Below are positions 43,376-51,613 of a DNA stretch of 64,000 bases, one piece after another (the first letter of the stretch is position 1; each line of letters starts with the position of its first letter). The notes under the pieces are model-generated. The model worked only from the letters and a program-made list of their open reading frames with translations, was not told the origin of the DNA and did not search any database. Origin of the DNA: an uncultured Acidimicrobiaceae bacterium (GTDB lineage Bacteria; Actinomycetota; Acidimicrobiia; Acidimicrobiales; RAAP-2); contig CAVYGS010000005.1 of assembly GCA_963768185.1 (NCBI GenBank), forward strand, positions 1,203,666 through 1,267,665, written 5' to 3'. The position numbers were made by a program, and so were the translations under genes.

Positions 43376-43906
43376 GTGGCGACCACCGGACCCACCCCCT
43401 CCCAGACCGTCGGGCCGTTCTTCAGGATCGGCTTGGAGTGGTTGGACACGCCCGAGCTCGTCGCGCCGTCGCAGTCCGGCGCCATCCGGATCGAGGGCGT
43501 GGTCCTCGACGGTGCCGGCGTGCCCCTGCCCGACGCGGTGCTCGAGATCTTCCAGGCCGACCCCGCCGGACGGTTCCCACCGGACTGCGAGCCGGGTTGG
43601 GGCGGGTTCGGGCGGTGCCTCACCGACGAGGAGGGTCGGTTTCACTTCGTGACGGTCAAGCCGGGACCGGTCGAACCGGGTGCCGCGCCCCACATCGCGG
43701 TGTCGGTCTTCGCCCGGGGACTCCTCCAGCGGCTGGTCACGCGCTGCTACTTCGGCGACGAGGCTGAGGCGAACGCCGACGACCCCGTCCTGTCCTCGAT
43801 CGGCCCCACCGCCACTGCGACCCTCGTGGCCCAGCCAGCCGAGGGCTGCTATCGATTCGACCTGCACCTGCAGGGGGACAAGGAGACCGCCTTCTTTGCC
43901 TGGTGA
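43376..43906 (+). CDS. pcaG: Protocatechuate 3,4-dioxygenase alpha subunit
   Basis: ORF 43376..43906: TPSQTVGPFFRIGL..LEIFQADPAGRF..FGRCLTDEEGRFHFVTVKPG..APHIAVSVFARGLL. Confidence 0.9.
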   Translation: MATTGPTPSQTVGPFFRIGLEWLDTPELVAPSQSGAIRIEGVVLDGAGVPLPDAVLEIFQADPAGRFPPDCEPGWGGFGRCLTDEEGRFHFVTVKPGPVEPGAAPHIAVSVFARGLLQRLVTRCYFGDEAEANADDPVLSSIGPTATATLVAQPAEGCYRFDLHLQGDKETAFFAW

Positions 43907-45239
43907 CGAGGGCGGGCTGTTCGCGCCGATCACGACCACGGACGCGATGGTCGAGCTGACGTCGGACCGCGCCTGGATCCAGGCCATGCTCGACGCCGAG
44001 GTCGCGCTCGCGCTGGCCGAGGAGCGGCTCGGCATCATCCCGACGGGCTCCGCGGGCCCGATCGCAGCCGCCGCCACCGCTGCCGCCTTCGACGCCGACG
44101 CGCTCGGTCGCTCGGCCCGCCTCGGCGGCAACCCGGCCATCCCCCTCGTCGAGGCGCTGCGGGCACGGGTCGGAGGGCCGGCCGACGAGTGGGTCCACTG
44201 GGGTGCGACGAGCCAGGACATCCTCGACACCGCCACGATGCTGGTCATCCAACGCGCCACCGGCGAGATCGAGGACGACCTCGGCGCCCTGTGCGACGCC
44301 TGCGCGGACCTCTGCGAGCAGCACCGTTCGACTCTCATGGTCGGGCGCACGCTCCTCCAGCACGCGTTGCCGATCACCCTCGGGTTGAAGGCCGCCGGGT
44401 GGCTCACCGCGGCGAGCGAGATCCGCAAGGCACTGGACGCGGTGCGTTCGAGGCTCCCGGTGGAGCTCGGCGGAGCTGCCGGCACCCTGGCGTCGCTCGA
44501 GGGTCGCGGGGTCGAGGTGCTCGAAGCGATGGCGGATGAACTGAGCTTGGCCACGCCGACCCTGCCATGGCACACCGATCGGGTCGTGGTGGCCGAGGTC
44601 GCGGCGGTCCTCGGGATGCTCGCCGGCGTCGGCGCCAAGGTCGCGTTGGACGTCGCGCTCATGATGCAGACCGAGGTCGGTGAGGCCTTCGAGCCGGCGG
44701 CGCCGGGACGAGGCGGCTCATCCACGCTCCCCCACAAGCGCAACCCGGTGGGCGCGAGCGCGGTGTCAGCAGCCCATCGCCGGGCCAGCGCGTTGGTCGG
44801 GGTCGTGCTCGGCTCGATGGACGACGAGCACGAGCGAGGCCTGGGCGGCTGGCAGGTCGAGTGGGAGACGCTGACCTCGCTGCTGCGCCTCGCCGGTGGC
44901 GTGGTGGCGCGCGCCCGAGAGACCGTGTCGGGGCTCGAGGTCGATTCCGATGCCATGGCCGCGAACCTCGGGCTCACCGAGGGCGTGCTCCTCTCGGAGC
45001 GGGTGGTGCTCGCGCTCGCTCCGTCGATCGGGCGAGAAGCGGCGACCGCAGCGGTCCAGGACGCCGCCGCCCGGGCCGCCGGCTCCGACCGCTCCTTCGC
45101 CGAGGAGTTGTCCGACGACCCGGCAGTCTGCGGGCACCTGGGAGCCGACGACCTGGAGCGCCTGCTCGATCCGGCCGGCTATCTCGGCTCGGCGGACGCG
45201 TTCATCGACCGCGCGCTCGCGGCGTATCGGAGAGGCTGA
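43896..45239 (+). CDS. pcaB: 3-carboxy-cis,cis-muconate cycloisomerase
   Basis: In ORF 43680..45239. Family similarity starts at GLFAPITTTDAMVELTSDRAWIQAMLDAEVALALAEE. TTG 43896 lies 9 nt after AGGAGA and is the only start just upstream. Fumarate-lyase signature GSSTLPHKRNP. Confidence 0.85.
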   Translation: MPGDEGGLFAPITTTDAMVELTSDRAWIQAMLDAEVALALAEERLGIIPTGSAGPIAAAATAAAFDADALGRSARLGGNPAIPLVEALRARVGGPADEWVHWGATSQDILDTATMLVIQRATGEIEDDLGALCDACADLCEQHRSTLMVGRTLLQHALPITLGLKAAGWLTAASEIRKALDAVRSRLPVELGGAAGTLASLEGRGVEVLEAMADELSLATPTLPWHTDRVVVAEVAAVLGMLAGVGAKVALDVALMMQTEVGEAFEPAAPGRGGSSTLPHKRNPVGASAVSAAHRRASALVGVVLGSMDDEHERGLGGWQVEWETLTSLLRLAGGVVARARETVSGLEVDSDAMAANLGLTEGVLLSERVVLALAPSIGREAATAAVQDAAARAAGSDRSFAEELSDDPAVCGHLGADDLERLLDPAGYLGSADAFIDRALAAYRRG

Positions 45240-45240
45240 C

Positions 45241-46386
45241 GTGGGAGTGGTCGAACGCGAGGGGGCGCGGATCGCCTACCGGGTCGAGGGCCCCGAACGC
45301 GCGCCCACTCTCCTCCTCGCCAACTCGCTGGGCACGACGACCGCGATGTGGGACGACCAGGCCGCCGCGTTCAGCCAGCGCTTCCGCCTGATCCGCTACG
45401 ACCACCGCGGGCACGGCGACTCGACGGCGACCCCGGGCCCGTATTCGATCGAGCTCATCGCGGGCGACGCACTGGCCGTTCTCGACGATCTCGGGATCGC
45501 GCGGGCGTCGCTGTGCGGCGCGTCGCTCGGCGGATCGGTGGTCGCCTGGATCGCCGCCCACACGCCCGAGCGGGTCGAACGCCTCGTCGTCTGCTGCGGC
45601 GCGCCCCGCTATGGCCCGCCCGAGCCCTGGCACGAGCGGGCCGCCGTGGTTCGCTCCCAGGGGGTGAGCGCGCTGCTCGACACCCTCGTGGCGCGCTGGT
45701 TCACCCCGGCTGGCCAGGCCGACGACGCCCTCCGCTCGCGGGTGGCCTCCATGCTCGCCACCGTCGAGGACGAGGGGTACGCCGGCTGCTGCGAGGCGAT
45801 CGCCGCCCTCGACCTCGCGACCGAGCTCCCGGCGATCGCCGCCCCGACGCTCGTGCTCGCGGGCGCGCGCGACCCCGTCGTCACCCCCGAGGTCGCGTTC
45901 GAACTGGCCGCCGCGATCGGCGGGTCCTCGCTGCTGGTGCTCGCCGGTGCGGCGCACCTCGCCAACCTGGAGCAGCCGGCCCGGGTCACCGACGCCGTCC
46001 TCGACCACCTCTGCGGCCCGGCCAGCTCGCGTGGCAACGCGGTGCGGCGACACGTGCTGGGGGACACGCACGTCGACCGGGCGCGGGCGAGTGCCACGCC
46101 CGAGACGGCCCCGTTCCAGGACCTGGCGGAGCGGGTGGCGTGGGGCGAGATCTGGACCCGCCCGGGCCTCGACGCCCGGACCCGCAGCTGCATCACCGTG
46201 TCGATGCTGGTCGCGCTGGGGCGCTTCGACGAGCTGGAGATCCACCTGCGTGGCGCCGAGCGCAACGGGGTCACCCGGGAGGAGCTCACCGAGGTGCTGC
46301 TCCAGGCCGCCATCTACTGCGGCTTCCCCGCGGCCAACAGCGCGTTCGCGGTGGCACGCCGAGTCTTCGGCGACGCCGGTGGCTGA
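45241..46386 (+). CDS. pcaL: Fused 3-oxoadipate enol-lactonase / 4-carboxymuconolactone decarboxylase
   Basis: Last 381 codons of ORF 44896..46386; GTG 45241 is 1 nt after the pcaB stop. Alpha/beta-hydrolase part: LLANSLGTT..YDHRGHGDS..LCGASLGG. CMD part: WTRPGLDARTRSCITVSMLVALGRFDELEIHLRGAERNGVTREEL. Confidence 0.9.
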   Translation: MGVVEREGARIAYRVEGPERAPTLLLANSLGTTTAMWDDQAAAFSQRFRLIRYDHRGHGDSTATPGPYSIELIAGDALAVLDDLGIARASLCGASLGGSVVAWIAAHTPERVERLVVCCGAPRYGPPEPWHERAAVVRSQGVSALLDTLVARWFTPAGQADDALRSRVASMLATVEDEGYAGCCEAIAALDLATELPAIAAPTLVLAGARDPVVTPEVAFELAAAIGGSSLLVLAGAAHLANLEQPARVTDAVLDHLCGPASSRGNAVRRHVLGDTHVDRARASATPETAPFQDLAERVAWGEIWTRPGLDARTRSCITVSMLVALGRFDELEIHLRGAERNGVTREELTEVLLQAAIYCGFPAANSAFAVARRVFGDAGG

Positions 46387-47203
46387 GGTCTCGCTCGACG
46401 GCGCCTCGCGGCGGGGCCACTCCGACTACATCCAGTCGCTCGAGCGCGGACTGGCCGTCCTGCGTTCGTTCGGACCCGAGCGCTCGGCACTCACGCTGAG
46501 CGACGTGGCGCGGATCACCGGCCTCACCCGAGCCTCCGCTCGGCGGTTCCTGCTCACCTTGGTGGAGCTCGGATACGTGACGACGGACAACCGGCGCTTC
46601 TCGCTCAGCCCCAAGGTGCTCGAGCTCGGCTACAGCTACCTCTCGGGGCTCGGACTGACCGAGATCGCGGTCCCCCACATGGAGGAGCTCGTGGCCTCGG
46701 TCCGGGAGTCGTCGTCGATCGCCGTCCTCGACGGCGACGACATCGTCTACGTGGTCCGGGTGCCGACCAAGCGGATCATGACGGTGTCGATCACGGTCGG
46801 CACGCGCTTTCCGGCCTACGTGACCTCGATGGGCCGGGTCCTGCTCGGCGCGCTGTGCGACGACGACCTCGACGCCTACCTGAAGCACGTCAAGCTCGAG
46901 CCGTTCACCCCGAAGACCATCACCGACCCGGGGCGCCTCCGCGCCGCGGTCGCCGAGACGCGCGCCCAGGGCTACGGGCTCGTCGACCAAGAGCTCGAAG
47001 ACGGGTTGCGCTCGGTCGCGGTCCCGATCGTCGACGCCAACGGGGCGACCTTCGCCGCCTTGAACGTCTCAGTGCACTCGAGCCGCGTGTCCACCGAGCA
47101 GCTGCGCACCAAGTACCTCGGGTGCCTCATCGAGACTGCCGAGAAGATCAACGGCGACCTTCGCTCCGTGAGCACCGCCGTCGGTCGGAGCCGGCTGCAC
47201 TGA
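46379..47203 (+). CDS. pcaR: IclR-family transcriptional regulator (PcaR-like)
   Basis: Last 274 codons of ORF 45947..47203; GTG 46379 overlaps the end of pcaL. Sequence: YIQSLERGLAVLRSFG..LTLSDVARITGLTRASARRFLLTLVELGYV plus the IclR effector domain. Confidence 0.85.
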   Translation: MAEVSLDGASRRGHSDYIQSLERGLAVLRSFGPERSALTLSDVARITGLTRASARRFLLTLVELGYVTTDNRRFSLSPKVLELGYSYLSGLGLTEIAVPHMEELVASVRESSSIAVLDGDDIVYVVRVPTKRIMTVSITVGTRFPAYVTSMGRVLLGALCDDDLDAYLKHVKLEPFTPKTITDPGRLRAAVAETRAQGYGLVDQELEDGLRSVAVPIVDANGATFAALNVSVHSSRVSTEQLRTKYLGCLIETAEKINGDLRSVSTAVGRSRLH

Positions 47204-47204
47204 G

Positions 47205-48386
47205 ATGGCCGACATCGAGACCCAGGTCGCGATCGTCGGCGCCGGCCCGGCCGGTCTGGTCCTCTCGCACCTCCTCCACCTGGAGGGCATCGACAATGTC
47301 GTGCTCGAGCAGCGGACCCGGGACTACGTGGAGAGTCGCGTACGCGCCGGCGTGCTCGAGCAGGGGTCGGCCGACCTGCTCGTCGACACCGGCGTGGGCG
47401 GGCGCATGCTGGCCGAGGGTGCCGTCCACGAAGGGGTCAATCTCCAGTTCGACGGCGAGCGCCACCGGATCGACTTCAAGGAGCTGACCGACGGCCGCAC
47501 CATCACCGTCTACGGCCAACAGGAGGTGGTGAAGGACCTCATTGCGGCCCGGCTGGCCGCTGGCGGCACCGTCCTCTTCGAGGCCGAGGAGGTGGAGCCC
47601 CACGACGTGACCGGGCCGCGGCCCACCCTCACGTTCCGCCGCGGCGGGGCGGAGCACGAGCTCGCCTGCGCGGTGGTGTCCGGCTGCGACGGCTTCCACG
47701 GGGTGTGCCGAGGCATCATCCCCGCGGGGGAGCTGCGCGAGTTCGAGCGCGAGTACCCCTTCGGCTGGCTGGGGATCCTGGCCGCGGTGGCCCCGTCCAC
47801 CCAGGAGCTCATCTACGCGTTCCACCAGCGAGGGTTCGCGCTGCACAGCCTGCGCTCACCGGAGATCTCCCGCCTCTACATCCAGGTCAACCCGGCCGAC
47901 GACATCGCGGGCTGGCCCGACGAGCGGATCTGGGAGGAGTTACAGCTCCGCCTGGCGTCGCCGGGGTGGACGCTGCAAGAGGGACCGATCATGGAGAAGG
48001 GCATCACCGCGATGCGCAGCTACGTGTGCGAGCCGATGCAACACGGCAACCTGTTCCTGGCGGGCGACGCCGCGCACATCGTGCCGCCGACCGGGGCCAA
48101 GGGCATGAACCTCGCCATCGCGGACGTCATCGTGCTCGCCCGTGCGCTCACCGCCTGGTTCAAGGACTCCGATCGCGACGGGCTCGAGCGCTACTCGGAG
48201 CGCTGCCTCGGCCGTGTCTGGCGCGTCCAGGACTTCTCGAACACCATGACCGAGCTCATGCACGTGCTGCCCGGCGGCGATCCGTTCGCCTCGCGCGTGC
48301 AACGCGCCAAGCAGCGCTACGTCGCAAGCTCGGTGGCGATGCGCCGCACCATCGCCGAGAACTACGTGGGGCTGCCGCTCGGCTGA
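47205..48386 (+). CDS. pobA: 4-hydroxybenzoate 3-monooxygenase
   Basis: ORF 47205..48386: VAIVGAGPAGLVLSHLL, CDGFHG, LFLAGDAAHIVPPTGAKGMNLAIADV. The ATG is 1 nt after the pcaR stop. Confidence 0.9.
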   Translation: MADIETQVAIVGAGPAGLVLSHLLHLEGIDNVVLEQRTRDYVESRVRAGVLEQGSADLLVDTGVGGRMLAEGAVHEGVNLQFDGERHRIDFKELTDGRTITVYGQQEVVKDLIAARLAAGGTVLFEAEEVEPHDVTGPRPTLTFRRGGAEHELACAVVSGCDGFHGVCRGIIPAGELREFEREYPFGWLGILAAVAPSTQELIYAFHQRGFALHSLRSPEISRLYIQVNPADDIAGWPDERIWEELQLRLASPGWTLQEGPIMEKGITAMRSYVCEPMQHGNLFLAGDAAHIVPPTGAKGMNLAIADVIVLARALTAWFKDSDRDGLERYSERCLGRVWRVQDFSNTMTELMHVLPGGDPFASRVQRAKQRYVASSVAMRRTIAENYVGLPLG

Positions 48387-49576
48387 GCGCGCACGAGGCG
48401 CAGCGGCACCGAGGTGGCCCCGAACTCCGGCCACCGGGTCATGTCGATCGGCCCGTCGAGCTCGAACGACGACGTCGCGCCGAGCAGGTGCTCGAGGGCG
48501 ATCTGCAGCTCCGTGCGGGCCCACGGCGCTCCCGGGCACTGGTGCGGTCCGAGACCGAAGGCGATGTGTTTCTCGACCCGGCCGAAGCGGAACTCGTCGG
48601 GCGCCTCGAACACGGTCTCATCGCGGTTGGCCGACGTGAAGACCATGGCGATCGGCTCGTCCTTCCTGATGAGTCGGCCGCTGATCTCGACGTCGCGGCG
48701 CGACGTCCGGGCGAAGCCCCGGTAGGGGGAGTAGAGGCGCAGCAGCTCCTCGATGGCGTCGGGGATGCGGTCGGGGGCGGCGCGCAGTAATTCCTGGAGG
48801 TCCCGGTCGCGCGCCAGGTGCGCCACCATCGACCCCAGCACGAAGCGCGGCGCGACGATCCCGACCAGGAGCACCTGGCGGACCGTGCCCACCACCATCT
48901 CGACGGGCAGGGGCTCGCCGTCGACCCGGGCGGCCAACAACGCGCTGGTCGGGTCGGTGGCCGGGTCCTCGGGGGACTCGGTCCGCTGTGCCACCAGCTC
49001 GCGAGTGATGTCGTAGAGGGCGATGCTGGCCGTCACCATCCGCTCGGCGTCGTCGTCCTTGATGGCCTTGTTGAACAGCTCGAACTGGTCGCGGATGCGG
49101 TACATCATCTCGTCGGTCACGTTCAGGAACCGGGCGAAGGCGAGGATCGGGTAGGTGGCGGCGAACTCCTCCCCATAGTCGCCCCCGCCGCGCTCGAGGA
49201 GCGGCGCGAGCCACTGCTGCGCATAGCCCCGGAGCACGGGGACGACCGCCGCCACGCGGGCCGGGCTGATGAGCGGCTGGAGGACGCGGCGGTACACGGT
49301 GTGCTCCGGCGGGTCGAGGTGGAGCGGCGGCCGGCGGCCGGTGAAAGCGATCTTGGGCACGATGTTCTGCACCGAGGTGATGAACTCGGGCTCGGTCAGC
49401 ACCCGACGGACGTCCTCATAGGAGAACACCGCCCAGAAGCCGCCGAACGCGTCGCTGTGGGCGACCGGACACTCGGCCCGCATCCTCGCGTAGAGGCCGT
49501 GCGGCTCAACCTCGGTGTCAAGCACGAGGGGGTCGAAGGCCCGCTCGGCCCGGTCCGGCAGCTCAGGATCCGCCAC
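48362..49576 (-). CDS. Cytochrome P450 (second of tandem pair)
   Basis: ORF 48362..49666; GTG 49576 overlaps the upstream P450 by 14 nt. Contains DPPEHTVYRR, ExxR (EELLRL) and the heme loop FGLGPHQCPG. The I-helix reads LLVGIVAPRF instead of AGxxTT. Confidence 0.85.
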   Translation of the reverse strand: MADPELPDRAERAFDPLVLDTEVEPHGLYARMRAECPVAHSDAFGGFWAVFSYEDVRRVLTEPEFITSVQNIVPKIAFTGRRPPLHLDPPEHTVYRRVLQPLISPARVAAVVPVLRGYAQQWLAPLLERGGGDYGEEFAATYPILAFARFLNVTDEMMYRIRDQFELFNKAIKDDDAERMVTASIALYDITRELVAQRTESPEDPATDPTSALLAARVDGEPLPVEMVVGTVRQVLLVGIVAPRFVLGSMVAHLARDRDLQELLRAAPDRIPDAIEELLRLYSPYRGFARTSRRDVEISGRLIRKDEPIAMVFTSANRDETVFEAPDEFRFGRVEKHIAFGLGPHQCPGAPWARTELQIALEHLLGATSSFELDGPIDMTRWPEFGATSVPLRLVRAQPSGSPT

Positions 49577-50771
49577 CGGCGTCCTCCTGTCGTCGCCACG
49601 CCACCTCGATCGGCAGCGCGGTCGGCCCCGCAGTCGGCCAGGGGCTGTAGGTGACCGGGCCGGCAAACGAAAACCGCTCCGTCATCGAAAGTAGGGCGGC
49701 CAGCGCGCCGACCACCTCGGCCCGGCCGACCACCGAGCCGGGGCACACATGCACGCCGTGCCCGAAGGCGAGATGGCGCTCGGGGCGTCCCGGCATCAGC
49801 TCGTCGGGGTGCTCGAAGACCTCCTCGTCGCGGTTGGCCGAAGGCAACACGATCGCGACCATCTCCCCCGGCGCAATGCTCCGGCCGCCAAGGCTGGTCG
49901 GGCGGGTCGCCGTGCGGGCGAAACCGACATTGGGCGTGTGGAGACGAAGCAGCTCCTCGGCACCGGCGGCGAGCTCGTCGGGCCGCACCCGCCAACGGTC
50001 CTGAAGCTCGGTGTCAGCTGCGAGATGCGCGATCGCGCTCGCGATGGCAAGGGCAGGGGCGCCGTGGCCGGCCACCACGATCTGACGGAGGCTGCCCGTC
50101 GCCATGTCGACGTCGGGTGGGTCGGAGACGGCGAGGAGGCCGCTCGCGAGATCCTCTTCTGCGGGGAGGGGATCGGCCAGGCGGCGGTCGACGAGCTCGC
50201 GGCACAGCGCGTAGAGCGCCAGGTTCAGTCGTTCGACCTCGGCCCGGTCCCGGGTCCGCTGCGCGGCCTCGAAACGGTCCATTCCCTCGTGCAAAGGCCC
50301 CGCGTGCGCGTCGTCGATGTTGAGCAGGGAGCAGACGACCAGGCTGGCGAAGGGCGAGCAGAACTGCAGATAGGCGTCGAACGTGTCCACCCCGCCAGTG
50401 GCGAGCACCGCGAGCAGGTCGGTGGCGTGCCGGCCGATCAGCGGCTCCATTCGACCGAGCCGGTCCTTGCGGAAGACTGGGTTGATGGCCTTGCGGTAGA
50501 CGGTGTGCTCGGGCGGGTCGTAGTGGAGCGGCGGGCGGCGACCCGACGCCGGATTCCTCGGCACGATGATGCCCTGGGTCGTCGTGAAGGTCTCCGGATC
50601 GGTGGTGATGCGCTCGATGTCGCGGTAGCGGGTGGCGACCCAGAAGCCGCCGTAGGCCGAGCTCCAGGCGACCGGGTTCCCCCGCCGCAGCGGTTCGTAG
50701 AGGACGTCGGGGTCGGCCAGCGCCCGGGGGAGGTCGGGATCGAACTCGCTGGGGCGCGTCCCCTCGGTCAC
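49563..50771 (-). CDS. Cytochrome P450 (first of tandem pair)
   Basis: ORF 49563..50771; the GTG start overlaps the ABC ATPase stop (GTGA). Contains DPPEHTVYRK, EELLRL and the heme loop FGHGVHVCPG. The I-helix reads VVAGHGAPAL instead of AGHETT. Confidence 0.85.
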   Translation of the reverse strand: MTEGTRPSEFDPDLPRALADPDVLYEPLRRGNPVAWSSAYGGFWVATRYRDIERITTDPETFTTTQGIIVPRNPASGRRPPLHYDPPEHTVYRKAINPVFRKDRLGRMEPLIGRHATDLLAVLATGGVDTFDAYLQFCSPFASLVVCSLLNIDDAHAGPLHEGMDRFEAAQRTRDRAEVERLNLALYALCRELVDRRLADPLPAEEDLASGLLAVSDPPDVDMATGSLRQIVVAGHGAPALAIASAIAHLAADTELQDRWRVRPDELAAGAEELLRLHTPNVGFARTATRPTSLGGRSIAPGEMVAIVLPSANRDEEVFEHPDELMPGRPERHLAFGHGVHVCPGSVVGRAEVVGALAALLSMTERFSFAGPVTYSPWPTAGPTALPIEVAWRRQEDAGGGS

Positions 50772-51613
50772 GTCGCCCCCTCGTGGAGCGGACCGGCCGC
50801 CACCAACTCGGCGATGCGCCGCCGCTGGATCGTCGGGTCGGGGACTGGGGCCCAGGACACCAGACGACGCGTGTAGGGGTCGGCCGGTCGGTCGCAGACG
50901 TCGCCGACCGTCCCGGCCTCGACGACCTGGCCCTGGCGGAGCACCACCACGCGCTGGGCGATGTGCCGCACCACCGCGAGGTCGTGGCCGATGAATAGAT
51001 AGGCGAGGCCCCGCTCCGCCCGCAGCGTCACCAGCAGGTTGATGATCTGGGCCTGCACCGAGAGGTCCAGCGCACTGAGCGGCTCGTCGCAGATCACGAG
51101 TGCGGGCGAGGTCATGAGCGCCCGCGCGATGGCGATGCGCTGGCGCTGCCCGCCAGAGAACTGCCGCGGGTACCGGCCTGCCGCCTCGACATCGAGCCCG
51201 ACCGCGACCAGCATGCGTTCGATGTCGCCGGCCAGCCCCGGGCCGCGCCGGGCTCCCTGGGCCAGCCTCGGCTCGGCCAGGCTGTCACCCACCGTCCGGG
51301 CAGGGTTGAGCGAGCTGTAGGGATCCTGAAAGACCGCCGACAGCTGCGAGGCAATCGCGCTGCGGGTCCGGTGGCTGGCGTGGGTGACATCGCGGCCGTC
51401 GAAGCGGATCGTGCCGGAGCGGACCGGCACGAGGCCGAGCACCGCCCGTCCGAGGGTCGACTTGCCGGCGCCGGACTCCCCGACCACCGCGACGGTCTCG
51501 CCCGGAAAGACCTCGAGGTCCACGCGGTCGAGCGCCCGGTGCCGGCGGCCCCGGTGGTGGAAGTCCACGACGAGGTCGCGCACCTGGAGGAGCGGTGCGT
51601 CGGGCACGGTCAT
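50768..51613 (-). CDS. Peptide/nickel-type ABC transporter ATP-binding protein (OppF/DppF-like)
   Basis: Last 281 codons of ORF 50768..53419; ATG 51613 overlaps the upstream stop (ATGA). Sequence: LLQVRDLVVDF..VAVVGESGAGKSTLGR..FSGGQRQRIAIARAL..VICDEPLSALD. Confidence 0.9.
   Translation of the reverse strand: MTVPDAPLLQVRDLVVDFHHRGRRHRALDRVDLEVFPGETVAVVGESGAGKSTLGRAVLGLVPVRSGTIRFDGRDVTHASHRTRSAIASQLSAVFQDPYSSLNPARTVGDSLAEPRLAQGARRGPGLAGDIERMLVAVGLDVEAAGRYPRQFSGGQRQRIAIARALMTSPALVICDEPLSALDLSVQAQIINLLVTLRAERGLAYLFIGHDLAVVRHIAQRVVVLRQGQVVEAGTVGDVCDRPADPYTRRLVSWAPVPDPTIQRRRIAELVAAGPLHEGAT

Noticed and set aside
43896-43920. A possible frameshift at the start of pcaB (GTG 43903 is out of frame).
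   Set aside because: An in-frame TTG at 43896, 9 nt after AGGAGA, explains the N-terminus (LPGDEGGLFAPI..) without any correction.
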